From the NCBI GenBank assembly GCA_964187785.1, contig OZ076409.1, forward strand, positions 89,654,001-89,714,000: DNA of 60,000 nucleotides. The letters run 5' to 3'. Shown one piece after another: positions 12,861 to 26,829 of this stretch. The notes beneath the pieces were generated by a model. That model saw nothing but the letters and a program-made list of their open reading frames with translations. It ran no database searches and was not told the origin of the DNA. The position numbers were made by a program, and so were the translations under genes. The DNA comes from Amphiscolops sp. MND2022 (lineage: Eukaryota). The first letter of the stretch is position 1. Each line of letters opens with the position of its first letter.

Positions 12861-15800
12861 CATGATTCTAATTTTACGTCAGCTGAATTTTATGGGGGAA
12901 GCGCTTTGAATTGGATATAGTTTGGTGCTTTGCAAGTTTTGTTGCATAACGACCGACTTTCAAACGCAGGTTTCAATCTGACTAAGTAACCAAAGTCGTA
13001 TAATTTTTTTCAAGGAAATGATTCACTTGAACATCCCAGCAAAAATATGATCTACTTTCAATCTATTTTTGTGCAATTCCAGAATTTGATCAGCAACAGC
13101 ATGGAAAACTGCTACAAAAACTTTTATCTTGACAGCGAACTGAAATATTCCAAGTCAACATTTCAGTTTTGGATTGAAAATTTCAACAGCCCTTAAACAT
13201 ACGAAAGCACATACCAAATTTACAACTCATTTTTTTCACTTATCATTTCTGAAAGCATAGGGAACATTTTTGATTTGTGAAGCTTCACTAACATTGCATT
13301 CGTAAAACTGTATTTTGCTTCTAAAAATAAACGAAAAATGATATGTTAGAATGACCATGTAGTAGCTACATTACTTGATGTGTATAAATGTGCAATTCTT
13401 ATCTTTTGTCGTTCGTATAAAAGTCCCATTGTTTTTTGCTCAAAGCCAAGACGATAGACAAAACTATGTTTATCACGCTTTCGGAACGTCAGAATAGTGA
13501 AAACAGCTGAAAGGGCTGACTAGAATGTGTTTTAGTAAGGCTTATTTGACAAACTTGATGTTTACTTAGTGAACGAAACTTATCAACCAATGCCAAAAAC
13601 CCCCTATAGAATTCTTTATATTTAACCCATTTTACTCTGTACAGCCTATTATGTCCAGTTTTTCCGGAGTGTCCAGAAGGGAAGAGTTTGGAGTTTTCAG
13701 CTTTTGGTGTTCGTATAAAAGTCCCATTGTTTTTGCTCAAACCCCCAACGATAAACAGAAGTACGTTAATCACTGTTGCAAGACCATAAAATTTTTTTGC
13801 CCTTCACTCAGAATTACACAAGTTGCAGTGTTACGGCAGTTGGATTATGGATCAAGATCAGAGATGCAATTTGCTGGAGGTTGCGTTGCAAGAATTTGGC
13901 CAATTAATGAACGGCAACCAGACTCGAGCTTTCAACAGTGGTATTATTCTACCGGATCCCTTTTTCCTCTAATGCATACGCGAATTGTGTGCAATGGACG
14001 ACCCACTTCATTGCTGTGGCCTAGGCGAACTAGTTGACGAATGCCCAATCTATCTATGTGCTGCCGGTTTGCTTGAATGGGAATGCTTTGGAAGAGCTCC
14101 TTTTTGAACCTCAGGAACTGAAGACTCAGGTAGCGAATCAACCAGCACCTACCTTGCGAGCACTTTTTGTGCACATGGATTTAGTCATGAGAGTTATACG
14201 TAGCAACAGAGCTGGCCAGACCGAGTTTAGGTCTCGTGTTCAGAAAGATGTTGAGACTCTTCAGGAGTTTGCACGCAGAGTCAGAAGCATGGGTTCACTA
14301 GTCTTTGCCCATCAGGATCTAGATGAGCGAGGCGAACTTTTGCGTGGACGGCTTTTGAAAGATCTGAACGATCCTGAAATTTTAGAGATCTTGTGCGCGA
14401 AGAAACCAGAAACTTTACTGATACGGTTAAGAGGGCAGTTGACCTGGAGAGCATCTCACGTTCCATCCGAAGGCACCAGAACACGCATGATTCTAATTTT
14501 ACGTCAGCTGAATTTTATGGGGGAAGCGCTTTGAATTGGATATAGTTTGGTGCTTTGAAAGTTTTGTTGCATAACGACCGACTTTCAAACGCAGGTTTCA
14601 ATCTGACTAAGTAACCAAAGTCGTATAATTTTTTTCAAGGAAATGATTCACTTGAACATCCCAGCAAAAATATGATCTCCTTTCAATCTATTTTCGTGCA
14701 ATTCCAGAATTTGATCAGCAACAGCATGGAAAACTGCTACAAAAACTTTTATCTTGACAGCGAACTGAAATATTCCAAGTCAACATTTCAGTTTTGGATT
14801 GAAAATTTCAACAGCCCTTAAACATACGAAAGCACATACCAAATTTAAAACTCAGTTTTTTCACTTATCATTTCTGAAAGCATAGGGAACATTTTTGATT
14901 TGTGAAGCTTCACTAACATTGCATTCGTAAAACTGTATTTTGCTTCTAAAAATAAACGAAAAATGATATGTTAGAACGACCATGTAGTAGCTACATTACT
15001 TGATGTGTATAAATGTGCAATTCTTATCTTTTGTCGTTCGTATAAAAGTCCCATTGTTTTTTGCTCAAAGCCAAGACGATAGACAAAACTATGTTTATCA
15101 CGCTTTCGGAACGTCAGAATAGTGAAAACAGCTGAAAGGGCTGACTAGAATGTGTTTTAGTAAGGCTTATTCGACAAACTTGATGTTTACTTAGTAAACG
15201 AAACTTCTCAGGCAAAATTACTTCCTTAGAGATTGACGTCAACAACGAAATTGTTCGAAGCAGCTAACTCAGAGTCAATCTCGTAAAGCGAATTTTTCTG
15301 AGTCCCGCTTTTGTTCGGGATTTTTGTAAGATACCACACTGAAAATCGTCACATTGCAAATCTTCAAAACCCCCTAAACGGTTTTTATCAAAGACTAATA
15401 ATCTTAGAGACCTGGAATTTGGCACACGTACACCTGAACTGATATGATCCTCGTTTATGAAAACGAAACCGAGCCGAGACCCCAGTTGTTGGCAATTAGC
15501 ACCGGAGACATATGAACTCGTGTGCCAAGTAGAGGAGAGGTCAGATCATGAATAGAATTGAAAGTCCAGAGAATGTTAGACCGTTTGCGTATATTTTCGA
15601 GTTCTTACCACGCGTGTAAGCGGAGCGCGGACGCTAAGTAAAGAAACCCAGAATAATATGTATATCGTCACCAGTTGACCCGAGGATCATGAAACTTACC
15701 TAAGATGTTCATCTACCAACCTTAAGTGATATACAAGAAAGATACATTAATCGGTCCACCACGCGTGGACCCGACCGATAAACGAAATTTGACCTAGGCT

Positions 15801-18800
15801 TGCAATATCTCAAACGAAACGGAGTGATGAAAGTAGTCGAATAATATCGTGAATGGAATCGTGTTTATAACCCATGCGAGGGTAACCGCCCTAAGTAAAC
15901 AAACGATACGCATATCATGTAACTCGCGAACCATTGACCCAAGGACAATATAACTTGACAAAAAGCTACCTTGGATGAGTACAAATAACTTCAAGGTCAC
16001 GAAAGAACCTCAGGGCCATTAGAGGCAACCGAAAGACTCACGGTAAAACATGTAAATCAATGTCTTTGCGCGATAGTTTATCCATTCCAGTCAGGCAAGA
16101 AGATTCGCGATGTATCGCAATCAGAAGGATTAAGAAGTATCCCTTACGCGTAGAGAAGATGTAAACCATGTATTTGAAGGTCTTTGAGCGACTCTAGCAA
16201 CATTAGAATTATCTTGTGGAACTAGAAAAGTTTTTGAAGTGTGAACTTTTTACATTTATTGTTAAATTATTCGTCGTTGGCGGCAAAGAAAGGTTAGCGG
16301 AGTGTAATTAGAAGCGTCGCTATCCCATGAAAGGACTTGATAAACATGAAGTCAAAAGCATGCAAACTTAACGTGCCGACGCCTAAGAATGAAAATGACA
16401 AGCATCATGAAACGTGAAGATGACACCAACAAAAACACTTGCGATGAACAAAAATATTTAAGGCGGATTTGAAATATACTTGATTATACACATCCGAGTT
16501 ATAGGGCTAGAATTCAGTTGAGCTTCGAGACATAGCCAAGAGATTCGAACTAGTTGGAGTAACTGGTCGTCGTTAACTCCGGGAGTCGGTGATAGAAATT
16601 GTACAAGCCCGTAACTTGACGATTGTTTGAATCAATTTTTATTGATTTTTTAACTCGAATATCCATACACGCCGTCTCATTGCGAATATATGGTCAATAG
16701 AGCACTCTGGAGAGAACCTAGTGTCAAGTTAGTCTTATGAGGAGAAAAAAAAACATTATGAGAAGAAAAAAACTGCATAAATTTCTGATGGTGTTAGATC
16801 CTTGGAAAACATCTCCAGCCATCGTTTTTCAAAAAATCAACAACGGGGCTCCGGGGTGGGCCTTTGCCTTCGTTTTGATAAAGTTGCTGATTACTTGTTG
16901 CAAGACCATAAAATTTTTTTGCCCTTCACTCAGAATTACACCAGTTGCAGTGTTACGGCAGTTGGATTATGGATCAAGATCAGAGATGCAATTTGCTGGA
17001 GGTTGCGTTGCAAGAATTTGGCCAATTAATGAACGGCAACCAGACTCGAGCTTTCAACAGTGGTATTATTCTACCGGATCCCTTTTTCCTCTAATGCATA
17101 CGCGAATTGTGTGCAATGGACGACCCACTTCATTGCTGTGGCCTAGGCGAACTAGTTGACGAATGCCCAATCTATCTATGTGCTGCCGGTTTGCTTGAAT
17201 GGGAATGCTTTGGAAGAGCTCCTTTTTGAACCTCAGGAACTGAAGACTCAGGTAGCGAATCAACCAGCACCTACCTTGCGACCACTTTTTGTGCACATGG
17301 ATTTAGTCATGAGAGTTATTCGTAGCAACAGAGCTGGCCAGACCGAGTTTAGGTCTCGTGTTCAGAAAGATGTTGAGACTCTTCAGGAGTTTGCACGCAG
17401 AGTCAGAAGCATGGGTTCACTAGTCTTTGCCCATCAGGATCTAGATGAGCGAGGCGAACTTTTGCGTGGACGGCTTTTGAAAGATCTGAACGATCCTGAA
17501 ATTTTAGAGATCTTGTGCGCGAAGAAACCAGAAACTTTACTGATACGGTTAAGAGGGCAGTTGACCTGGAGAGCATCTCACGTTCCATCCGAAGGCACCA
17601 GAACACGCGAACAGTGCGAACACTGCGTGAGGTGCGAGAAGCTGCGACGCCGTCAGCGCTACAAAAACCTGAACGACTTGAAGAAGCAAATGAACTGGTT
17701 GATGGTGATAATAAAATACCTGACAAAAGTGATAGCACAATTTGTTCTAACTTATAGGGACAATTGTTTGAGATAGCCAATTGCTACCGATGACTTTAAA
17801 CTCGCGGGGACCATGACACCATTGAATGAAATGTTCATACCATCAGTCTTCGGATCAACGGAACCAATGAAAGCCCGAAACGTGTCGGAAATAGGCATAG
17901 TCATAATCGTTTTGGCTGGAATAGAGATGACAGCAGTGTATGGCCGAGAATGCCATCAGATTCAAAACTCTGCATGAACTGAAACCAATTCCAAAACTCC
18001 ATCAATGTGAGAACAACGTGGTTTGGACTGAGAGTGGACCTGATAATATCGTGGCAGAGTTTTGACCAAAGGTATTAGTCGGCCAAGAAGTGGGGTACGT
18101 GAACTTTTTGGTGTCTCATGATATTGGACACTTTGCTATCTTGGGCTCAACATTGATGAGGAAACACAACCTGATGGGGCGGCTCATGTAAAACCATAAC
18201 GGGTTGAGGACTACTGCGAAGTTTCAGAGGCCATGTAGAACGAAGAACATTATCGACGGGTTGAGAAAGTTGGAGTGCTGACAATCGCATTGTTCCGTGG
18301 GTCTGTTGGAGTATACGGAACCATGACTCCCCATGTAGGAACAATATCCAGTGATCTGGCGAATTGCATCAACGACCTCGATACTTCAAATTGTGAACGT
18401 TGTATTGAAATGATTGATGGAGATAGGATCAATGGTGGTATGAAAAGTAAAAGCACCAAAATTATCACAGAAACAACCGCTCCACCCGCAACCCCAACTC
18501 GATGGCTTGTCGAATGGAACCCGAAACTCCTATTCGCTCAAACTGTATAAATTGGTTGGATTGGACCCTTCAGAGTGGGACCAAGCAGATGACAGTCCTT
18601 ATCCTAGACCTGAAAACGAACTGTCAGACACATTTCGAGAAGTTGAAATTGCAGCAACTCAGGAAGACCTCAAGGTGGCTATTTAAATTCCGTCAGCTAC
18701 CAGATAAAAATGATTTGTTGCACTTGATATTTGTCTTGAGGAACTGCTGCAAGTACTGGACACAGGCGAGAACTTGCTGTTTTCGCTCGACTTCGACGTG

Positions 18801-21800
18801 GACAAGGCGCTGGCTGACATCCATACGTTTCTTCGGACGGCACTCAGCGGTAGAGCTCAACTCAACTGCAACTACAGCGAAGACGAGCACTTTGAAAGTG
18901 ACCTCAGAGCGCTTGAGGATATACATAGTAAACCGGAGGAGATCAGCCAAGAAAGGAAGTGTCTTTCCAAAGTGGTGGACACCACATTTACTACAGCGCG
19001 AAGAAGACTGGAGAACAAGCGATAGCTGTTGAGACGTTTGCCGGTGATGCAGTGTGGAGCCCAAGGCCGACAGATGCTCTTGCTCAGACGAAAGCGTCTT
19101 CAATGACCGTGTATTTTGTTTACTATGTGATTATGCGTCAGTGACCTCCCGTTTTTTTCAAAACTTTCTCATCATATTAGATGCTATAATCCACTCTACC
19201 AAAAACCCTCCCTCAACCGTCTTTCTACGCGGCAAACTAGTTGGAGAAGGTAAACCGAATTATCGCATTTACGAAGCTCGATTAAAGTATTCCAAAAGTA
19301 TCAATACGTAAAAACAATGTAATCCCTCTGATGAGTTATCACTTACCCTGCTGGTTCTAGTTTGATGTTTCGTTTTTTGGTAGTTGTTTTTCCCAATTTT
19401 ATTAGGTGCCCTCGTTAAAACTGGTACTATTACCTGATGGTGCTTAACTAGGCTTTTAATCGTTTAAATCCAACCTTGAACAACATTTTGAAACCCCTAC
19501 CCTCGTTAGCGAGCCCAATGATAGTGGTATTTGTCCTACTTTTGTGTTACGTAAACGAAAAGTGTAAAGGACCTGAAAGTAAATCGGAAAACTATTTGAG
19601 CGCCTGGAACGTTTGATTTTCAAAAAATTAAAATTGATGTGATGGAAGTTGAATTGAGATGATAATGGGATTTTGGTGCCATGAAGTTTTTTTTCAGGAT
19701 TGTCGACTTTCGCTTCCCCATTATTATGTTTCATTGACAATTTGTTTAGATTCCTAACCGATAAACCGGCGCTAATATTTTCAATGATGTATAAACTGCC
19801 TATTTTGTCGTTTTTTAATGTTGATTTTATACTGGTTTATGATTACTGCAGTTACGTGTGAAGACCGTTCTAAGCCACCAAATCTACCGAAAATATGAAA
19901 AAATGCAAAAAGTTTCAAAAGTTTTTGTTATTTTTGGGCCATTCTTGGGTCTTTGGTGTCAAACAAAAAAATCCATAAAAGGCTACAAATACATATCGCA
20001 TGATTCTAATTTTACGTCAGCTGAATTTTATGGGGGAAGCGCTTTGAATTGGATATAGTTTGGTGCTTTGCAAGTTTTGTTGCATAACGACCGACTTTCA
20101 AACGCAGGTTTCAATCTGACTAAGTAACCAAAGTCGTATAATTTTTTTCAAGGAAATGATTCACTTGAACATCCCAGCAAAAATATGATCTACTTTCAAT
20201 CTATTTTTGTGCAATTCCAGAATTTGATCAGCAACAGCATGGAAAACTGCTACAAAAACTTTTATCTTGACAGCGAACTGAAATATTCCAAGTCAACATT
20301 TCAGTTTTGGATTGAAAATTTCAACAGCCCTTAAACATACGAAAGCACATACCAAATTTACAACTCATTTTTTCACTTATCATTTCTGAAAGCATAGGGA
20401 ACATTTTTGATTTGTGAAGCTTCACTAACATTGCATTCGTAAAACTGTATTTTGCTTCTAAAAATAAACGAAAAATGATATGTTAGAATGACCATGTAGT
20501 AGCTACATTACTTGATGTGTATAAATGTGCAATTCTTATCTTTTGTCGTTCGTATAAAAGTCCCATTGTTTTTTGCTCAAAGCCAAGACGATAGACAAAA
20601 CTATGTTTATCACGCTTTCGGAACGTCAGAATAGTGAAAACAGCTGAAAGGGCTGACTAGAATGTGTTTTAGTAAGGCTTATTTGACAACCTTGATGTTT
20701 ACTTAGTGAACGAAACTTATCAACCAATGCCAAAAACCCCCTATAGAATTCTTTATATTTAACCCATTTTACTCTGTACAGCCTATTATGTCCAGTTTTT
20801 CCGGAGTGTCCAGAAGGGAAGAGTTTGGAGTTTTCAGCTTTTGGTGTTCGTATAAAAGTCCCATTGTTTTTGCTCAAACCCCCAACGATAAACAGAAGTA
20901 CGTTAATCACTGTTTCGGACCGTCGGACGAAAGAAAACAGCTGAAATGGCTGACTAGAGCGTGTTTTAGTAAGGCTTATTTGACAAACTTGATGTTTACT
21001 TAGTAAACGAAACTTTTCAGGCAAAATTAATTATTTGAGATTGACGTCAACAACGAAATTGTTCGAAGCAGCTAACTCAGAGTCTATCTCGTAAAGCGAA
21101 TTTTTCTGAGTCCCACTTTTGTTCGGGATTTTTGTAAGATACCACACTGAAAATCGTCACATTGCAAATCTTTAAAACCCCCCAAACAGTTTTTCTCAAA
21201 GACTAATATTCTTAGAGACCTGGAATTTGGCACACGTACACCTGAACTGATATGATACTCGTTCATGAAAACGAAACCGAGCCGAGACCCCAGTTGTTGG
21301 CAATTAGCACCGGAGGTGACCTAGGTCGATCATATGAACTCGTGTGCAAAGTAGAGGAGAAGTCATATAATGTATAGAATTGAAAATCCAGAGAATGTTA
21401 GACCGTTTGCGTATATTTTCGAATTCCTACCACGCGTGTAAGCGGAGCGCGGACGCTAAGTAAAGAAACCCAGAATGTTATGTATATTGTCACCAGTTGA
21501 CCCGAGGATCATGAAACTTACCTAAGATGTTCATCGAAGAACTTACGATAAAACATGTAAATCAATGTGTTTGCGCAATAGTTTATGCTGTTCAGTCAGG
21601 CGAGAAAATTCGCCATGTATCGCAGTTAGAAGGATGAAGAAGTATCACTTACGCGCAGAGAACATGTAAACCATGAATTGGAAGGTCTTTGAGCGACTCT
21701 CGCGACATTAGAAATATCTTGCGGGACTTGAACTATCATTGAAATGTGAACTTTTTACATTTATTTTTGAATTATTCGTCGTTGGCGGCAAAGAATGTTT

Positions 21801-22367
21801 AGCGGAGTGTAATTAGAAGTCAAAAGCATGCAAACTCAAGGTGCCGACGCCTGAGAATGAAAATGACAAGTATCATGAAACGTGAAGCCTAGACCAACCA
21901 AACACTTGCGATGAACAAAAACAATTAAGGCGGATTTGAAATATACTTGATTATACACATCCGAGTTATAGGGCTAGAATTCATTTGAGCTTCGAGACTT
22001 AGGCAAGAGATTCGAACTAGTTGGAGTAACTGGTCGTCATTAACTCCGGGAGTCAGTGACAGAAATTGTACAAGGCCGTAACTTGACGATTGTTCGAATC
22101 ATTTGGCTGAATCGTGAAATATATTCGCTGAGTAATCAATTGGAAGATTGCCTTTCTTTATCGTTTTCTGTGATTTTTATTGATTTTTTAACTCATTTAT
22201 CCAAAGACGCCGTCTCATTGCGAATATAGAGCCGATAGAGCAGTTTGGAGAAATCTAGTGTCAAGCTAGTCTTATGAACAGAAGCAAAAACACCATATAA
22301 AAAACCTTTCTGATAGAGTTAGATCCTTGAGAAACCTCTCCAGCCCTCACTTTCTAAAATTGCTACA
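12726..22367 (+). mobile_element. Rearranged, degenerate LTR element related to the 30271-38344 family (LTR-like copies ~15190-16842 and 20824-22367; decayed gag) with local duplications
   Basis: PPT AGAAGGGAAGAG before 20824 and at 13675. Degenerate PBS ACGGGGCTCCGGGGTGGG after 16842. The gag remnant LPVCLNGNALEE..ELKTQV..TLQEFARRVR matches the 32470 ORF. 12726-13777 ~ 19864-20914 and 13774-14486 ~ 16896-17608. Confidence 0.75.
16969..17801 (+). pseudogene. Frameshifted gag-like remnant (partial second copy at 13847-14486)
   Basis: ATGGATCAAGA start as in element 30271-38344; homologous peptide blocks; TTTAAAC at 17795-17801. Confidence 0.7.
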
Positions 22368-23194
22368 ATGAAGCAATTGATTCAATTTGAAATGATCAAA
22401 GCGGAAAAGATTCATTTGAACTTCCCAGCAATTAAATGATCTCTTTTCGATCTATTTTTGTGCAAGTCTAGTATTGTGATCATCAACAGCATGGAAAACT
22501 GCTACAAAATTTTTTCTTTCGCCAAAGTTTGACAGCGAATTGAAATGTTCAAAGTCGGCATTTCATTTTTGGATTGAAATTTTCAACTGCCTTTAAACAT
22601 ACGAGAAAATTTACCTCTGGTCAAATTTGTGTGTTTTCTCGCATTTGTTAATACTTCACGTCTTTGCCTGTTCTCAGTGTCAGATTAAAAGAATTTGAAA
22701 AATGTCACTTTTGCCTAAACTCCCTGCACAAAAAATCTGCAAAATGGGAGCTGGTTCACTCGTTGGGTAGTTCACGGGGTTTTTCAAGGCATGAAGTTGT
22801 GTTCTAGCAGCTATCCTACAAGAAACCTTTTTCCGAAATGGCAAAATGGTTTAGACTTGCGGATCCAAGCTTTTTTGCAATTCTGATTCTTCATGGAAAC
22901 ATTTTATTTTGAGTCCTTTTATTCTAGACATTTTATTAGAAGTCTTTCCTGGGAGCTTCAAGCAAGACGCCGATGTATGAGGTTCTTGTTTTTATTCAAT
23001 TCAAACACAGTGGCGAAAATTTTTCTCACAAAAATTTGACAAGCATTGTTGAGGCCAAACTTTAACTAGGTTGGCAGTTTAAACGTGTTAACGGGTGGAA
23101 TTCTAGACAGATGCTTTCAACTTCAATCGTTGCCCCCCCCCCAAAAAAAAAAAAAACTTCGATAAATCTGTCTCGGTCCCTGCGATTTAGTTTT

Positions 23195-23300
23195 TCCCGT
23201 ACTGGAAACCCACCGCAACCCACCGGTGGAAGACGTTCATAAGTTTCGATCCGAATTTCCACCGGTGGCCGCCGGTGATCCACCGGTGGCCACCGGTGAA
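23195..23300. repeat. Cluster of CCACCGGTGG palindromes, possible DNA-transposon subterminal region
   Basis: Four to five (near-)copies of CCACCGGTG(G) within ~100 bp, following CCCGTACTGG. Confidence 0.45.
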
Positions 23301-23499
23301 ACTTTTTTTTTGAAAAATTCGAATTCAAAATTATTAATTCAAATTTCGGCGCGTCAAAATTTGACGCTCATTCTTTTTTAGGTTTCATGCATGTTTTTAC
23401 TGTTATATTGTTACTTATTGATTTCTGAGGGTTACCTTAATGGCCCGGGTAGCATTAAGGGCGCTTTTCGGCACCGCGCATCCTGCAGCCGCAAGATAG

Positions 23500-24065
23500 G
23501 TAGGATTTTCACCATTTTGGGGGTATTTTTGTTAATTTTTCCACCCGAAAACTAGATTTTGTAGTCAAATTATTTTAATAATTCCTTGATTTTAGTGTAT
23601 CGAAATATAGATCTCAATTGTATTCATGAGTAGCTTTGAATCCCATGGTTTCCGCAAAATTTGCGCTCTTTTTAGGCTTTTTTGTTGCCTTTTTAGGTGA
23701 TATTTCGTTAATTTTTCCACCCGAAAACTAGATTTTATAGGAGTATTACTTTCATAATTCATTGATTTTAGTGTGTCGAAATATAGATCTCAATTGTACT
23801 CAAGAATAGATTTAAATCCCGTGGTTTTCGCAAAATTTGCGCTCTTTTTAGGCTTTTTTGTTACCATTTTTGGGTGAAAGTTCGTTAATTGTTCCACCCA
23901 AAAACAAGATTTTATAGGAGTATTGTTTTCATAATTTATTGATTTTAGTGTATCCAAATATAATGATTTGAATTGTATTCACTAATAGATTTGAATCCTA
24001 TGATTTCCGCAAAATTTGGGCTTTTTTAGGCTTTTTTGTTGCCATTGTTGGGTGAAAGTTTCAAT
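23500..24065. repeat. ~177-bp tandem repeat, ~3 copies
   Basis: GTTAATT..TCCACCC.AAAAC.AGATTTT recurs at ~23531, 23707 and 23885. Confidence 0.85.
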
Positions 24066-24464
24066 TGTTTTATACAATCATTGGAAATCCCACTGAATGG
24101 CCTTTTCGCATACTTTTAATAACTTCAGTTTATCATCAAGAAATCACGAATGCATTTCTATGCATATTTACGAAACAGAGTAGTCTAAAAACTCCGCTCT
24201 TTGAATGTTACGAAACTTCAAATGTTTTTTTTTCATTTCAGCAGGTTTCAATTTTTAACTTTAAATTCTCAACTTTATAGCACTCTCGTACTGCTAGATG
24301 TTGAGACGAAATTTCTGGTTTACTTTGGTTCCATACTTCTCTTCGTACACGCCCTTCTGTACAATCACGTCATCAAGGATGTAATGTGAAATTGAGAATG
24401 GGCTCAAGAAGAATCCTATTTCGACCTGATGATAGACATTCTGATTGCTATTTTCAACTATTGT

Positions 24465-26519
24465 TGTTGGAACTCTCGTTCCTAGATAAACCAACTTCTT
24501 CTAGTTCTTCAGTGGGGTTTCCACTATTCTCGGTCCTGGTCGTCAAGTAACCTTGTTCAGAATTGACGCTTGATAGGTTGTCAACTTTGGACGACAGGCT
24601 CTCGATCAATTTTAATATCTCACGTTGATTGAGTTCAGTGTCTCTAAGACGCTTGGAAATTTTATTCTCAATTTTATTAGATATGTCTTCAAAATCCCTT
24701 TCCGATAGTACGGCGTTTTCGTCGTTAATTGAGCTTGCGGTCTCTATGTCGAACTGGCTACTCGACTGGTCACTCCTCAACTTTCGTTTTTGAGACTTCT
24801 CAGGCATCTTGCAAAAATAGTGGAGAGACAATATTTCAATTAAACTTGAGTCGTTACAAACGTAATGGAGACTTCAGTTCAGTAATTTGTCAAAGTTTTT
24901 CGAAACAAAGGAATTATACTAAGCAAAAGTAATTAACACGATTATTACAAAAGCAAAATTTCCGGAGAATGATTAATCAAACGCACTTGGAAAAATCAAA
25001 TTGTCAACTAACTTTTCCTAATCCCGCTTCAGGTATTTATACTTTACGCTAGACACGCGGGGAAAACCCCGCGCGTGAATTCACACCTTGTTCACCTCGG
25101 CGTCCTTTCCGAAGCGGGGAAATCCAAATAAGGTATTCTTCCTCGGGACTCGGCATTCGGTTTCAACCCACTTTAAAGAAAAGTGGGAATTCACTTCCTG
25201 CCGCTTCCCAATTCCGCGTCCCTTTCTTCTTCATTCCCCGCCTTTTCAAGACGCCGAAGGTGAAGTTGGCACTGAAATTCATGAACCTAGCTACTGAAGC
25301 GGGAAAAGGAAATGAATTTTCCTTGAAATAAAATAAGCAATTCAACATAAGAGAAAACTGCACTAATTTGTGAATTGACAAAATTAGGGGTGATGATCAC
25401 AACTATCGACGCGCTTTCACAAATTAGACATTAAACACATGCCTGGCCGACGGACATAATGTTCAAACGAGGTCAAGCAACCAGGCTAACGGCCCAAATT
25501 AATGCATGTGAAAAGGGGAGCAAGATTATTCAGTTAGGTAGCATTTGGGAGTAATTTCCATTCGGTTAACAAATATGGTATGTCGAACGATTGTCACTAT
25601 CATAACGTATTAATAATTCACTCAAATTTGATACATCATTAATTAATCAAACGGTTGTCCAGGCGGGTGTCCCGGCTCGTACTAATATTATTCATCATTT
25701 CGCTTTACTTGAATGATTTGTAACCTTCCATGTATAATTAAGATAGCACATTTACATGTATTAAGGCAGTTATTCATTATCTGGTAGTGTTTTAGTTCTT
25801 TACTGCTCCATCTAAGTTGGGCTGGTTGTCCCGGCGGTCGTCCCAGGTTATAAATATAAAACGGTTGTCCCAGCGGCCGTCCCAGAAATCATGGTTGACA
25901 AATTAACAATTGTACTTTGGTATATTATAAATATTACATATTCCAATTCTATTACTTAAAACTGCATATTTTAAGCTTCTTCTAAGCTCTGAATTTGAGT
26001 TTATTTCACATTTAGCGTCATTTGAGTACACTAGCATTTCAGTTAATTCAGTCGAGCAGCCAGGCGTGCGTCCCAGCTTTGTCGACTGAATTGCTTGGCT
26101 AGCAGAGTAGCTGAGTTAATACTGCACATTTGCGCTTAGCGCTGATTGGTTGATTTAAAAGGGAGTGAGAATTAGTGCACTATTATTGGGACGGTCGGCT
26201 GGCCGGTGAGCTGGTTAGAATAATTTCAGTTAGCATGCTGGTCGCACTACTGTAAACAAATCAATCACGTCTATTATATGTTATTATTATTTAAATATTT
26301 ACATATCTATTTATTTTAGGTACTGCAGAGAGTTGGCTATGTTAATGTTTTCACACTTATAGGGTTGTTTAATGTTGATAAGTGTTTGTTTCGCTGGTTG
26401 ATTTGATCTCTTTCAGGTCTGTGATGGTATATGAGTCTCCTCTTGGTTAATTTCCCCATTTCTTTCCTCTGGCGTTCTCTGCAAGTTTATTATTTCACGG
26501 CCCTGTGGCGGCTGTGACA
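24465..26519 (-). mobile_element. Solo LTR (2055 bp), Gypsy-like, with a Gag-N-terminus-like ORF (24454-24807) in its 3' end
   Basis: TGT...ACA ends and a 5-bp TSD ATTGT (24460-24464 / 26520-26524). ORF MPEKSQKRKLRS...NQREILKLI resembles MTTRSQKRKAV...NQKEMLKLI of the 39691-55577 Gag. Confidence 0.85.
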
Positions 26520-26654
26520 ATTGTGTTAATAAAACAAAACACAGAGGCGAAGCGGTGCTTCGCAACACATGACGAAGATAATTTTAATATGCGTATATAT
26601 ATTATTTTAATCGCATGCGTATATATTCAACAGCTCAACTTTGTTCAATAACGT

Positions 26655-26720
26655 CCCTATGGCACAGTGGTCAACAAGTATGCCGTGCAATCGGGAGGCT
26701 GCAGGTTCGAATCTCTCTGG
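26655..26720 (+). other. tRNA-derived SINE-like head
   Basis: TGGCACAGTGG A-box and GGTTCGAATC B-box; cloverleaf incomplete. Confidence 0.5.
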
Positions 26721-26829
26721 GGTTTTGGCTTTTATCTAAAAGGCGCTCATTATGAAGTTGACTATAGTGGAAAAAAAACTTACTTAGCTGGACTGCAATG
26801 CACATTGACTTCGTCATGTGCAATAACAA

